Positions 50,494-59,310 of a DNA stretch of 64,000 nucleotides are shown piece after piece; the stretch's first letter is position 1; every line of letters starts with the position of its first letter. The notes beneath the pieces are model-generated. The model saw only the letters and a list, made by a program, of their open reading frames with translations. It had not been told where the DNA came from and made no database searches. The stretch is from an uncultured Alphaproteobacteria bacterium (GTDB lineage: Bacteria > Pseudomonadota > Alphaproteobacteria > Rhizobiales > Xanthobacteraceae), in NCBI GenBank assembly GCA_963770425.1, contig CAVYPQ010000007.1, forward strand, positions 84,864 through 148,863, given 5' to 3'. The translations under genes and the position numbers were made by a program.

Positions 50494-51144
50494 CTATTCT
50501 TGCTGCGCTTGCTTGCCGCGTTGACGCTCCTTGCCCATGATGAAGCTAGCGTGAACTAGACGGTGGAGTCGCCGAGTAGCGTCGATGTAAAACCGGGCGG
50601 CATAAAGGCCCGGCGCCAATTTGTCATTCGTAATTACGTGCTCGTACTGCAGTCTTTCGTCGCCAACGTCTACGTTCTCCAGAGTGTAATACGGTAGCGG
50701 GATTAGTATTCGTCCTGAGCCGTCTTCCAACACGGAAACGCTCTGCTTCATGTGACGGGTAATGACTCGCACCATCTCATTTGAACTCGAAAACATGTGT
50801 TTAAGCCGGTTGTATGAAAATATTTTACGCACGCTTTCTTCCGGGTCCTCATCAAGCGGAGAAACCAAAAGAAAGGCTCCATCAATTTTGCGCGCCGAGA
50901 ATTGTCTATTTTCTATAGCGGTTTTGAGTTTTACGGCATGGTTGCCGATCATGTCGGCTGCAATTTCGATGTGAAGATAAGCTTTTAGTTGGTCTAAGAT
51001 GCGCCACCCCAGGGTGAACATGGCTACAAAACCGCCAAGGAGACCAAGAATGCTAATGGTCATACCTGCACCCAAAGTAATCTTCGGAACGAAGGCCAAA
51101 ACCATAGCGTGGTTTTTATCCTGCTCCGCAAGATACAGTTTCAT
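50494..51144 (-). CDS. hypothetical membrane-anchored protein (216 aa) on a low-G+C cassette
   Basis: The ORF has one N-terminal TM helix (ITLGAGMTISILGLLGGFVAMFTLGW) and a soluble domain of about 165 aa with Lys/Asn/Ile-rich codon usage unlike the rest of the window. No family recognised. Confidence 0.6.
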   Translation of the reverse strand: MKLYLAEQDKNHAMVLAFVPKITLGAGMTISILGLLGGFVAMFTLGWRILDQLKAYLHIEIAADMIGNHAVKLKTAIENRQFSARKIDGAFLLVSPLDEDPEESVRKIFSYNRLKHMFSSSNEMVRVITRHMKQSVSVLEDGSGRILIPLPYYTLENVDVGDERLQYEHVITNDKLAPGLYAARFYIDATRRLHRLVHASFIMGKERQRGKQAQQE

Positions 51145-51254
51145 TCTGTATGCAAATCAACAAGCATAGCCTGGATTGAGCCGCGGCTAAATCCGAAGCA
51201 GCCGCGATGCTGACCCCGGATTTCGTTTCAATTAATCCAAGCTACATTTGTCGC

Positions 51255-52316
51255 TCACCCCCGCGGCCTCTGGTGCTTCATCTGTAATTGCGCGAGAAAC
51301 GGCACCAGCGGGTGCGCGCCCATTTTGACGATGGTCGGCAGGTCGAGCTTGATCAGCGCGTCGCGCTGGTCGGGCGGCAGGGTGAAGCGGTCGGCGAAGG
51401 CTGAGGCGTCCTTGATGTATTGGGCGCGCATGTCGGCGTCGTGGGCGAGGCCGTGCAGCGCCGAGGTGAGCTCGACCAGTTCGGGTTTGATCGAAGGATA
51501 ATGCGCCTCGCGGTGCGCTTGCGCGTCCCCGCCGATCCAGGCGAGCGAGGCATAGTTGTGATGCCAGCTCGGGTCCATCGAGACGACGTCGGGCTTGCGC
51601 TCGCCCAGCGCGCCGGCCGCGCAGGCCCAGCAGCGCAGCTCGATGTTGCCGGTGTCGTCGAGCTCGCTCTCGTCGTAGCCGATCAGCGATTTCAGATTGC
51701 CGGCCGCGAGTTTTTCCAGGACGCGCTTGTCCCAGGCGAGTTCCGGATTGGAGTAGCGGTCGGTGCCGGGGAAATGCGACATGCCGCCGCTGGACAGGAT
51801 GACGGTCTTCAGTCCCAGCGCCGTGACGGTGCGAGCGATCGCCTGGCCGAACTGGTAGCAGCGCTCCATGGTGGGCTGCGGCGGCAGGTAGGCGTTCACA
51901 TAGATCGGCAGCACCGGCCCGGTGTGGCCCAGATGGGTGAGCGGAATGCCGATGGCGTAATCGATCTTGGCGGTCGAGGAAAACGCCGGATCGAAATTCT
52001 GCCGGTAAAGCTGGCGCACCAACTCGAAGCCGATCTCGCTCGGCACCTTCCAGTGGAATTTGCGCCCGGCGAAATCGCCCGACGCCTCGCCGCCGACATG
52101 GATGGTGAAGGGCGGCGCGGCGGTGTGAAAGAACTGCTCGGCGTGGTCGTTGGAAAAGATGATCCAGAGATCGGGCTCGAGCGCGCGCAGCCGCTTGCCG
52201 ACATCGGCGGCGACCTCGCGCACCTTGGCGACCACCGCCTTGTCCTCGGTGTCCGGCAGGGTGAAGAACTGGGGCGCATGCGGCAGCATGGCGCCGCCGA
52301 TGACGGTCGAATTCAT
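51255..52316 (-). CDS. class III extradiol ring-cleavage dioxygenase (LigB-type catalytic domain fused to a LigA-like C-terminal domain; gallate/protocatechuate 4,5-dioxygenase-like)
   Basis: 353 aa with PHAPQF, SNDHAEQFF and SGGMSHFPG motifs. A C-terminal region of about 90 aa (TSALHGLAHDADMRAQYIKD...) resembles the small alpha chain. Confidence 0.8.
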   Translation of the reverse strand: MNSTVIGGAMLPHAPQFFTLPDTEDKAVVAKVREVAADVGKRLRALEPDLWIIFSNDHAEQFFHTAAPPFTIHVGGEASGDFAGRKFHWKVPSEIGFELVRQLYRQNFDPAFSSTAKIDYAIGIPLTHLGHTGPVLPIYVNAYLPPQPTMERCYQFGQAIARTVTALGLKTVILSSGGMSHFPGTDRYSNPELAWDKRVLEKLAAGNLKSLIGYDESELDDTGNIELRCWACAAGALGERKPDVVSMDPSWHHNYASLAWIGGDAQAHREAHYPSIKPELVELTSALHGLAHDADMRAQYIKDASAFADRFTLPPDQRDALIKLDLPTIVKMGAHPLVPFLAQLQMKHQRPRG

Positions 52317-52441
52317 GGTGTTTCTCCTTGGCGGCGAAATTATCGCGCGCGGAGCGGAGACAACAAGCGCATCTCTCCCCGCAGTGCGGTCTGCCTACGG
52401 GTCTTGCTCGGCGAACTTCGCGATTTCGTCGGGGCGGCGTT

Positions 52442-52479
52442 GTGGCCGCCCGAGGGCAGGCACAAGGCCTGCCCCTACG
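52442..52479. repeat. REP-like hairpin (gggcaggcacaaggcctgcccc family)
   Basis: gtggccgcccgagggcaggcacaaggcctgcccctacg. The arms gggcagg/cctgccc flank the cacaagg loop. Confidence 0.6.
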
Positions 52480-52501
52480 ACCTCGTCGGACAGCGATCGC
52501 G

Positions 52502-52903
52502 TCACCCCGACGTCGCGGCTTTCGCCAGCGCGGCGAGCAGGCCCGTTATGGCGTGGCGCGGTGCCTCGCTGGCGGCGCCGAGGCTGTGGCGGCGCGCGAT
52601 CCAGTCCGGCTCGTTGTAGGACAGCCAGGTTTTGCCGGCTTCGTCCTGCCAGACCAGAACTTTCAGCGGTAGGTCGATGCCCGCGGTCTGCTGGTCGAGC
52701 ATCAGCGGCGTGCCGCCGCGCGCGTTGCCGAACAGCACGACCTCGGTGGGGCGGAGCGTCATGCCGACCGCGGCCGCGCCGGCCGCGTGATCGACGCGCG
52801 CGAACACGGTGAGGCCCTTGGCCTTGATCTGCGCTTCGAGGCGATCGAGCGTTTCCTTCGGGTTGAAACTGCTGGCGACGCTCGTCAAACCGTCGACGGA
52901 CAT
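52502..52903 (-). CDS. DUF302 domain-containing protein
   Basis: Begins at MSVDGLTSV. FARVDHAAGAAAVGMTLRPTEVVLFGNARGGTPLM...DLPLKVLVWQD is the DUF302 pattern. Confidence 0.8.
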   Translation of the reverse strand: MSVDGLTSVASSFNPKETLDRLEAQIKAKGLTVFARVDHAAGAAAVGMTLRPTEVVLFGNARGGTPLMLDQQTAGIDLPLKVLVWQDEAGKTWLSYNEPDWIARRHSLGAASEAPRHAITGLLAALAKAATSG

Positions 52904-53006
52904 ATGCACTCTCCTGATGACAACCCTCACCTCAGACTAGCGCATTGTGCGACGCATCGCAGCGTTGCTGCGCTGTGCTTCACAGTGCAGACGCTGAGTG
53001 TTAACC

Positions 53007-53101
53007 GTCACCCTGAGGCGCGAGCGGAGCGAGCCTCGAAGGGCGACGGCCCGGGCCGTGCATCCTTCGAGGCGCGCCTGCGGCGCGCACCTCAGGATGA
53101 C
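53007..53101. repeat. REP-like long palindromic element (gtcaccctgaggcgcg...cgcgcacctcaggatgac family)
   Basis: The outer arms gtcaccctgagg / cctcaggatgac flank inner arms cctcgaaggg / ccttcgagg. Confidence 0.75.
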
Positions 53102-53118
53102 GGAAAAGAGGACAGCTG

Positions 53119-54111
53119 ATGGGTGACGTGCCGATAACGATTGCGTGCGGCAATTATGACCGCACGCGCGCGATCCGCGATGGGCGGGTGAAGGTCGAGG
53201 GCTGCGACGTCACCTTTCTGCCGATGTATCCGGAGGAGATTTTCCACCGCGCGTTCAAGTTCCAGGAATTCGACGTCTCGGAGATTTCGTTTTCAAGCTA
53301 CATCCGCACGGTGTCGGCCGGCACCGCCGCCTATATCGGCGTGCCGGCGTTCGTGTCGCGCATCTTCCGCCACTCGGGCATCTACGTGCGCAAAGGCGCC
53401 GGCATCGAGAAGCCGGAAGACCTGCGCGGCAAGCGCATCGGCGTGCCCGAATATCAGATCACCGCGGTGGTCTGGATGCGCGGCATGATGCAGCACGAAT
53501 ACGGCGTGAAGCCGTCGGAAAGTCACTGGCGCAGCGGCGGCCAGGAGCAGGCCGGCCGCGAGGAGCGTACGCCGCTCAAGCCGATCCCGGGCCTCGACCT
53601 GAAAGCGATTCCGCACGACAAGACGCTGGTCGGCATGCTGCGCGACGGCGAACTCGACGCACTGTTCACGGCGCGGGCGCCGTCCTCGTTTCTCGCCGGC
53701 GAGCCGCATATCACGCGGCTGTTTCCCGACACCCGCAAGGCGGAAGTCGCCTATTACAAAAAGACCAAGCTGTTTCCGATCATGCACCTGATCGGCATCC
53801 GCAAATCGCTGGCCGAGAAATATCCGTGGCTGGCGACCAGCGTCTATAAGGCGTTCACCGAAGCCAAGGCGCTGGCGATGATCGATCTGCGCGACGTCAA
53901 TGCGCTGATGGTGACGCTGCCGTGGCTGGAGGCAGAGACCCACGAAACCGCCGCCATCATGGGCAACGATTTCTGGAAATACGGCATCGAGGAGAACCGG
54001 CCGGACATCGAGGCGCTGGCCCAGTATTTGCACGAGCAAGGACTCGCCGACCGCAAGGTCAAGATCGAGGAGCTGTTCCACCCCTCGGTGTTCGATATTT
54101 CGAAGGTGTGA
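53119..54111 (+). CDS. 4,5-dihydroxyphthalate decarboxylase-like protein (periplasmic-binding-protein fold, cytoplasmic)
   Basis: 330 aa with no signal peptide. The N-terminal ITIACGNYDRTRAIRDGRVKVEGCDVTFLPMYPEEIFHRAFKFQEFDVSEISFSSY matches my memory of the Pht5/PhtD-type decarboxylase family. Confidence 0.6.
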   Translation: MGDVPITIACGNYDRTRAIRDGRVKVEGCDVTFLPMYPEEIFHRAFKFQEFDVSEISFSSYIRTVSAGTAAYIGVPAFVSRIFRHSGIYVRKGAGIEKPEDLRGKRIGVPEYQITAVVWMRGMMQHEYGVKPSESHWRSGGQEQAGREERTPLKPIPGLDLKAIPHDKTLVGMLRDGELDALFTARAPSSFLAGEPHITRLFPDTRKAEVAYYKKTKLFPIMHLIGIRKSLAEKYPWLATSVYKAFTEAKALAMIDLRDVNALMVTLPWLEAETHETAAIMGNDFWKYGIEENRPDIEALAQYLHEQGLADRKVKIEELFHPSVFDISKV

Positions 54112-54139
54112 CGAGGGACGATGGCATTCTGCACCAACC

Positions 54140-54242
54140 GTCATTCCGGGGCCGAGCGAAGCGAGCGAGTCCGAAATCCATAATCGCAGATCTGTGAATA
54201 TGGATTCCGGGCTTGCCGCTTCGCTCGGCAATCCGGAATGAC
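54140..54242. repeat. REP-like palindromic element pair (same family as 10689..10825)
   Basis: gtcattccggggccgagcgaagcgagcgagtccgaaatccat... is followed by ...atggattccgggcttgccgcttcgctcggcaatccggaatgac. Confidence 0.75.
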
Positions 54243-54256
54243 GGAGTGGAGTGTTC

Positions 54257-55489
54257 ATGAACGCCGATAATCGCGTGATTGTTTCCGGCGCCGGGCCGGT
54301 CGGCGCCGTCATGACGCTGGCGCTAGTCCGAAAGGGCATTCCGGTCACGCTGATCGAGCAATTGCCCGACGCCGCCGAGGATCAGCGCGCCGCCACGATC
54401 CATACGCCGACGGTCGAGATGCTGGTCGAGCTCGGGCTGGAAGCGGAGATGTTTTCCGACGCGGCGTCAGGCGGCATGCAGGCGCCGCTGTTTCATTTCC
54501 GCAACCGCGAGACCGGCGAGCTGATCGCGGTGTTCGATATCAGCCTGCTCAAGGGCGAAGTGCCGTATCCCTATGTGGTGCAGTGGGAGCAATACAAGCT
54601 CGTCCACGCCGCGCTGCCGCACATCAAGGCGAGCGGGCTCGGCGAGGTGCGCTTCTCGGCGAAACTCGTCGGGCTGACGCAGAGCGCGGATTTCGTCGAG
54701 GCGACGATCCAGAACGCCGCCGGCGAGAGCGAGACGCTGCGCGGCAAATACCTGATCGGCGCCGACGGCGGCTCGAGCGCGGTGCGCAAGCTTGCCGGCA
54801 TCGTGTTCGAGGGCTTCACCTGGCCGGAACGTTTCATCAAGATCGGCACCAGCTTCGATTTCGGCGCCACCGGGCAGGGGCTTTGCACGCGCAACTATTT
54901 CTTCGATCCCGAGGAGTGGCTCAACCTATTCAAGGTCAAGGGCTACGGCCCGCCTGGAATCTGGCGCGGCGTGCTGCCGATACCCGAGTCGGAGACCGAC
55001 GAGCAGGCGCTGAGCATGGAGAGCATCCAGCGGCGGCTGCAACGCATCCATCGCAAGAGCGGCGACTATGAGATCCCGTATTACGCGCTCTACGCGGTGC
55101 ATCAGCGCGTCGCCGAGACCTTCAACAAAGGCCGCGTTCTGCTCGCCGGCGACTGCGCCCATGTCAACAATCCGATCGGCGGCATGGGCATGAACGGCGG
55201 CATCCACGACGCGGTCAATCTGGCGGAAAAACTCGCCGAGGTCTGGTTCGGCCGCGCCGAGCCAAGCCTGCTCGATCGCTACACGCGCCAGCGCCGCAAG
55301 GCGCAGGTCGACTACGTGCAGGCGCAGACCATCGAGAACAAGCGCAAGCTGGAAGAGAAGGATCCCGCGGTCCGGCGCAAGCATCTCGACGACCTGCGGC
55401 GCACCTCCGAGGACGTCACGCTGCACAAGAAATTTTTGTATCGCTCGTCGCTCATCGACAGCCTGAAGTCGGCGAACGCGGTGCAGTAA
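54257..55489 (+). CDS. FAD-dependent aromatic-ring monooxygenase
   Basis: Carries a GAGPVGAVMTLAL dinucleotide-binding motif and LAGDCAHVNNPIGGMGMNGGIHDA. SD GGAGTGGAG lies upstream of ATG 54257. Confidence 0.85.
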   Translation: MNADNRVIVSGAGPVGAVMTLALVRKGIPVTLIEQLPDAAEDQRAATIHTPTVEMLVELGLEAEMFSDAASGGMQAPLFHFRNRETGELIAVFDISLLKGEVPYPYVVQWEQYKLVHAALPHIKASGLGEVRFSAKLVGLTQSADFVEATIQNAAGESETLRGKYLIGADGGSSAVRKLAGIVFEGFTWPERFIKIGTSFDFGATGQGLCTRNYFFDPEEWLNLFKVKGYGPPGIWRGVLPIPESETDEQALSMESIQRRLQRIHRKSGDYEIPYYALYAVHQRVAETFNKGRVLLAGDCAHVNNPIGGMGMNGGIHDAVNLAEKLAEVWFGRAEPSLLDRYTRQRRKAQVDYVQAQTIENKRKLEEKDPAVRRKHLDDLRRTSEDVTLHKKFLYRSSLIDSLKSANAVQ

Positions 55490-55491
55490 TC

Positions 55492-56909
55492 CTACGATAA
55501 AAGCTTGCCCCACTTCTCCTCGATCTCGCGCGCCTCGTGCGGCGACAGCGCCGAGGCCGGCGGAAATTTGTCGCGCCAGGGGAACGGCTTGCAGGCGTCG
55601 ATGATGGCCTTCGAATGCGAGGTGACGCCGCGGTCCTTGTCGGCGGGCGGAATGCGCGGATCGAGCGCCGAGCTCCACGCCTGGCGGATGATGTCGATGT
55701 TGTCGGCGGGCTCGCAGCGCGTGGTTACCGCCCACATCACGTCGGCAAGGTTGGACGGATCGACGTCATCGTCGACCACGACGACGATGCGCGCCATGTA
55801 GCTGTGCGCCGCGGCGACAAGCCCGGCGCGCTTGGCGTGGCCGTCGTAACGCTGGCGCAGCGCCACCACGGTCATGAGCTGCGAGACGTGCTGCCAGGCG
55901 CCAGTAACGTCGGTGACGCCGGCCGCTTCGAGATTGCTCCAGATCGTGGCGGCGCGGAACGGCAGGCCGAAATGAAAGCGCGGCGGCTTCATCGGCGGCG
56001 ATCCTAAAAGAATCGGGTCGTTGCGAAAGTGGATCGCCGTGACCTGCATCACCGGACCGGGGCGCGCCTCGGCGGCGTAATAGCCGGTGAATTCGCCGAA
56101 CGGGCCTTCCGGCAACGTCGTTTCGTTCATCGGCAAGCAGATTGACCTTCAAATACCATCTCCGCATGCGCCGGCAGCGGCAGTCCGGTCTGCGGTCCGG
56201 CGCAGACTTCGATCGGCGCGCCCTTGATGGCGCCCGCAAAGCCGTATTCCGAACTGCCGTCAGGGAGGTATTCAAATCCGGCAATGAACAGCGCCGGATC
56301 TTCGCCGTGCACCACGGCGACGGGGCAGCTCTCGCCGCGATCCCAATATTTTCTGGCGATGATCGCGCCGTGCCGGCCGCCATGATCGAACTGCACGGTG
56401 ACTTTGTCCGACCCGTGAACTTGAACCCGATAGATCGACGCATTGATCCAGCCGGTATCCGGATCGCGCATGATCACGACCGAACCGGAGCCGATGTAAG
56501 GCCCGCCGTCGCGGATGTGCCAAGTGGGCGCCGGAAATCGCGCGATGTCGACATCGGAGCCGGGGACCGTGTTCTGCAAAAACTCAGCGCGGCTGACCGT
56601 AACGGGAGGCAGCGGGTGCAAATCCTTGCGTTTTTCCATCCACGCCTTGAGTGCGTCGAGTGGCCGCAGCGCCGGATCAAGACCCAGCGCCAGCGCCGCC
56701 CGTTGCACATTGGTGGTGGCGTTGGTGAATACGCGCATGCCGTGCCGGAACCCCTTGATATTGTCGAACAGGAGCGCCGGGCAGTCCGGCCGGCCGGCCG
56801 CCACTTCGGTGATGCCACCGATTTCGAAACGCGGGTCGGCGCCCTCGATGCGGCGCAATGCCCCAAGCCGGTCGACAAGATCGATGAATTCGCGCAGGTC
56901 TTTGTACAT
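55492..56909 (-). pseudogene. UbiD-family (prenyl-FMN-dependent) decarboxylase, one frameshift near 56140
   Basis: ORF 56127..56909 (MYKDLREFIDLVDRLGALRRIEG...AEMVFEG) is followed by ORF 55492..56136 (..LPEGPFGEFTGYY...). Together they form one colinear UbiD-sized protein. Confidence 0.8.
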
Positions 56910-57100
56910 GGTGTTGAAACCGGGCGGCTTTTGCCGCGTTTTTCGCGTGAAGAATGGATTCTCCGAACGGAGGCGCGGCCTTAGCGCCGGGCCCGTGCGG
57001 CCGCATTATGCTGCATCGCAAACGGCCGCTTTAACCACCTTAAAGAGTTCTCATCTTCCATAAATTCAGTATAAGTCACTGCCTGCCGGGTACCCAGTCC

Positions 57101-57754
57101 ATGCATGTTGCTCATCTTGTCCACGCGTACGGTTTGCTTGTCGTCGCCGGTTTCATCGGGCTGGAAAGCATGTGCATTCCGTTGCCCGGCGAGACAGCCT
57201 TGATCGTCGGCTCGGTTATCGCGGGTCGGACGCACGAACTCAACATCGTCGAAGTGATCGTGACCGCGGCGGTGGCGTCGCTGATCGGCCGCATCATTGG
57301 CTATGCGATCGGCTGGCGTTTCGGACACTGGCTGCTGCTGCGCTACGGCCCTTATGTTCGCATCACCGAGACGAGGATCAAGCTTGGCCAATATTTGTTT
57401 CTCAGGCATGGCGCCGCGATCATCATCATTGCGCAATTCATCCCGGTGATGCGCGCCATTGCCGGCGTGCTCGCCGGCGCCAACCAGATGCCGTGGCGGC
57501 GCTTCGTGCTGTCGAGCGCCATCGGCGTCGGCCTGTGGGCGGTGCTGTTCGGCATGGGCGGTTACATCTTCGGCGTGCAATTCGCACATCTGGCGCGGTC
57601 ATGGTGGCTGTTCTCGGGGCCGAGCGGTTGGGTGGTATTCGGCATCGGTGCCGCCATTATTGTTTGGATTCTCGCCGTATTCGTCGGCCGGCACGAGGCC
57701 CAGTGGGCCGCAAAGGCCGAACGCGCCCTACCGGGACCGTTGCGGGTGCGGTAA
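57101..57754 (+). CDS. DedA-family membrane protein
   Basis: 217 aa with ESMCIPLPGETALI and FIPVMRAIAGVLAGANQM motifs. Confidence 0.85.
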   Translation: MHVAHLVHAYGLLVVAGFIGLESMCIPLPGETALIVGSVIAGRTHELNIVEVIVTAAVASLIGRIIGYAIGWRFGHWLLLRYGPYVRITETRIKLGQYLFLRHGAAIIIIAQFIPVMRAIAGVLAGANQMPWRRFVLSSAIGVGLWAVLFGMGGYIFGVQFAHLARSWWLFSGPSGWVVFGIGAAIIVWILAVFVGRHEAQWAAKAERALPGPLRVR

Positions 57755-57763
57755 AGAAAAGTC

Positions 57764-58868
57764 ATGACTGTATCGAAAGTCATGACTGAATCAAAAGATA
57801 TGGCCGCCTCCTGCTCGACGATCGATTGTGATGTGCACGCCAACGTGCCCAGCATGCAGGCGTTGCTGCCATATCTGGACGACCAATGGCGCGACAGCGT
57901 CATCGATCGCGGGCTCAATTCTCTCGAGTTCGATCAACTATCCGCCGAATGCTCCGCTGACGTCGCGCGCCGACTGGCGCGGCAAGTCCGGGACGCCTGC
58001 CAGCAGCTTCGAAGCGCTGAGCACGCACGCGCTCGATCGCTGGAACATCGATATCGCGATCTGCAATTGTCTCTACGGCGTGCAGCTCCTGTTCAGCGAG
58101 GACATGGCGGCGGCGTTCGCCAAGGCGATCAACGACTGGGTCGCCAAGGAATGGCTCGATCGCGATCCGCGGCTGCGCGCCTCGATCGTCGTGCCGATGC
58201 AGAACACCGATTACGCGGTCGCCGAGATCGAGCGCTGCGCCGCCGACAAGCGCTTCGTCCAGGTGCTGGTTCTCGCCATGGGCGAGGCGCCGCTCGGCCG
58301 GCGCGAATACTGGCCGGTGTTCGAGGCCGCACAGCGCCATGGTCTGCCGATCGGCATTCATGCTGGGTCGAGCTTCCGCCACCCCGTCACGTCGCTCGGC
58401 TGGCCGTCGTGGTACGCCGAGGATTATTGCGCGCAGGCCCAGGGTTTTCAGGCGCAGGTCGCAAGCCTCGTGTGCGAGGGCGTGTTCGCCAAATATCCGG
58501 CGCTGAAGGTGGTGCTGATTGAATCCGGCGTCACCTGGCTGCCGGCCTTTCTGTGGCGGCTGACCAAATTCTGGCGCGGCGTGCGCGCCGAGGTGCCGTG
58601 GGTCGAGCGTCCGCCCTACGAGATCGTGCGCGATCACCTGCGGCTGACGATCCAGCCGTTCGACGGACCCAACGAGCCGGAGGCGGTCGCGCGGCTGGTC
58701 GACCAACTGCAATCCGACGACATGCTGTTATTCTCGTCCGACTTTCCGCACTGGCAATTCGACGGCGACGACATCATGCCGCTTGGCATTCCCTCCCGGC
58801 TGCACACGAAGATCAAGCGCGATAACGCACTCGCCACCTACGGCCGCCTCGCCGAGGCGGTGGTTTAG
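57764..58868 (+). pseudogene. amidohydrolase_2 (ACMSD-like metal-dependent hydrolase/decarboxylase) family protein, one frameshift near 57937
   Basis: ORF 57764.. reads sensibly to ...IDCDVHANVPSMQALLPYLDDQWRDSVIDRGLNSLE. It then continues in ORF 57828..58868 (NYPPNAPLTSRADWR...GIHAGS...LFSSDFPHW). Confidence 0.75.
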
Positions 58869-58876
58869 GCGCGCGC

Positions 58877-59290
58877 ATGGCAAGGCACGTCATTGCTCCG
58901 CTCAAGGAGTTCCCCGCAGGAACGCGCAGGCTGGTCGACATCCGGGGGCGGCCGATCGTCGTCTTCAACGTCAACGATGAATTTTTCGCGCTGGCCAACC
59001 GGTGTCCGCATCAAGGCGGCAGCCTGTCCAACGGTACGCTGGTCGGGCTGCTCGAGGCGAGCGAACCGGGCTGCTACCGCTACTCGCGGCGCGGCGAGAT
59101 CGTGCGCTGTCCCTGGCACGGCTGGGAGTTCGATCTGCGCACCGGCAAGTCCTGGTGCGAGCCAGATCGCGTGCGCGCTCGGCAATTTGCCGTGTCAGTT
59201 GCGCCGGGCGCAACGCTGGTCGAAGGGCCATACGTGGCGGAGACCTTTCCTGTCCACGTCGAAGATGATTACGTCGTGATCGAAGTCTAA
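58877..59290 (+). CDS. Rieske (2Fe-2S) ferredoxin-like protein
   Basis: 137 aa with CPHQGGSL ... CPWHGWEF. Confidence 0.85.
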   Translation: MARHVIAPLKEFPAGTRRLVDIRGRPIVVFNVNDEFFALANRCPHQGGSLSNGTLVGLLEASEPGCYRYSRRGEIVRCPWHGWEFDLRTGKSWCEPDRVRARQFAVSVAPGATLVEGPYVAETFPVHVEDDYVVIEV

Positions 59291-59310
59291 GGGGACGGGG
59301 TCAAAGCGGC

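Noticed and set aside
2093-58868. Programmed ribosomal frameshifting as an explanation for the split genes.
   Set aside because: The shifts occur in 14 unrelated gene families that are normally encoded in one frame, without shared slippery heptamers or downstream structures. One site is a simple homopolymer length change. Indel error or mutation is far more parsimonious.
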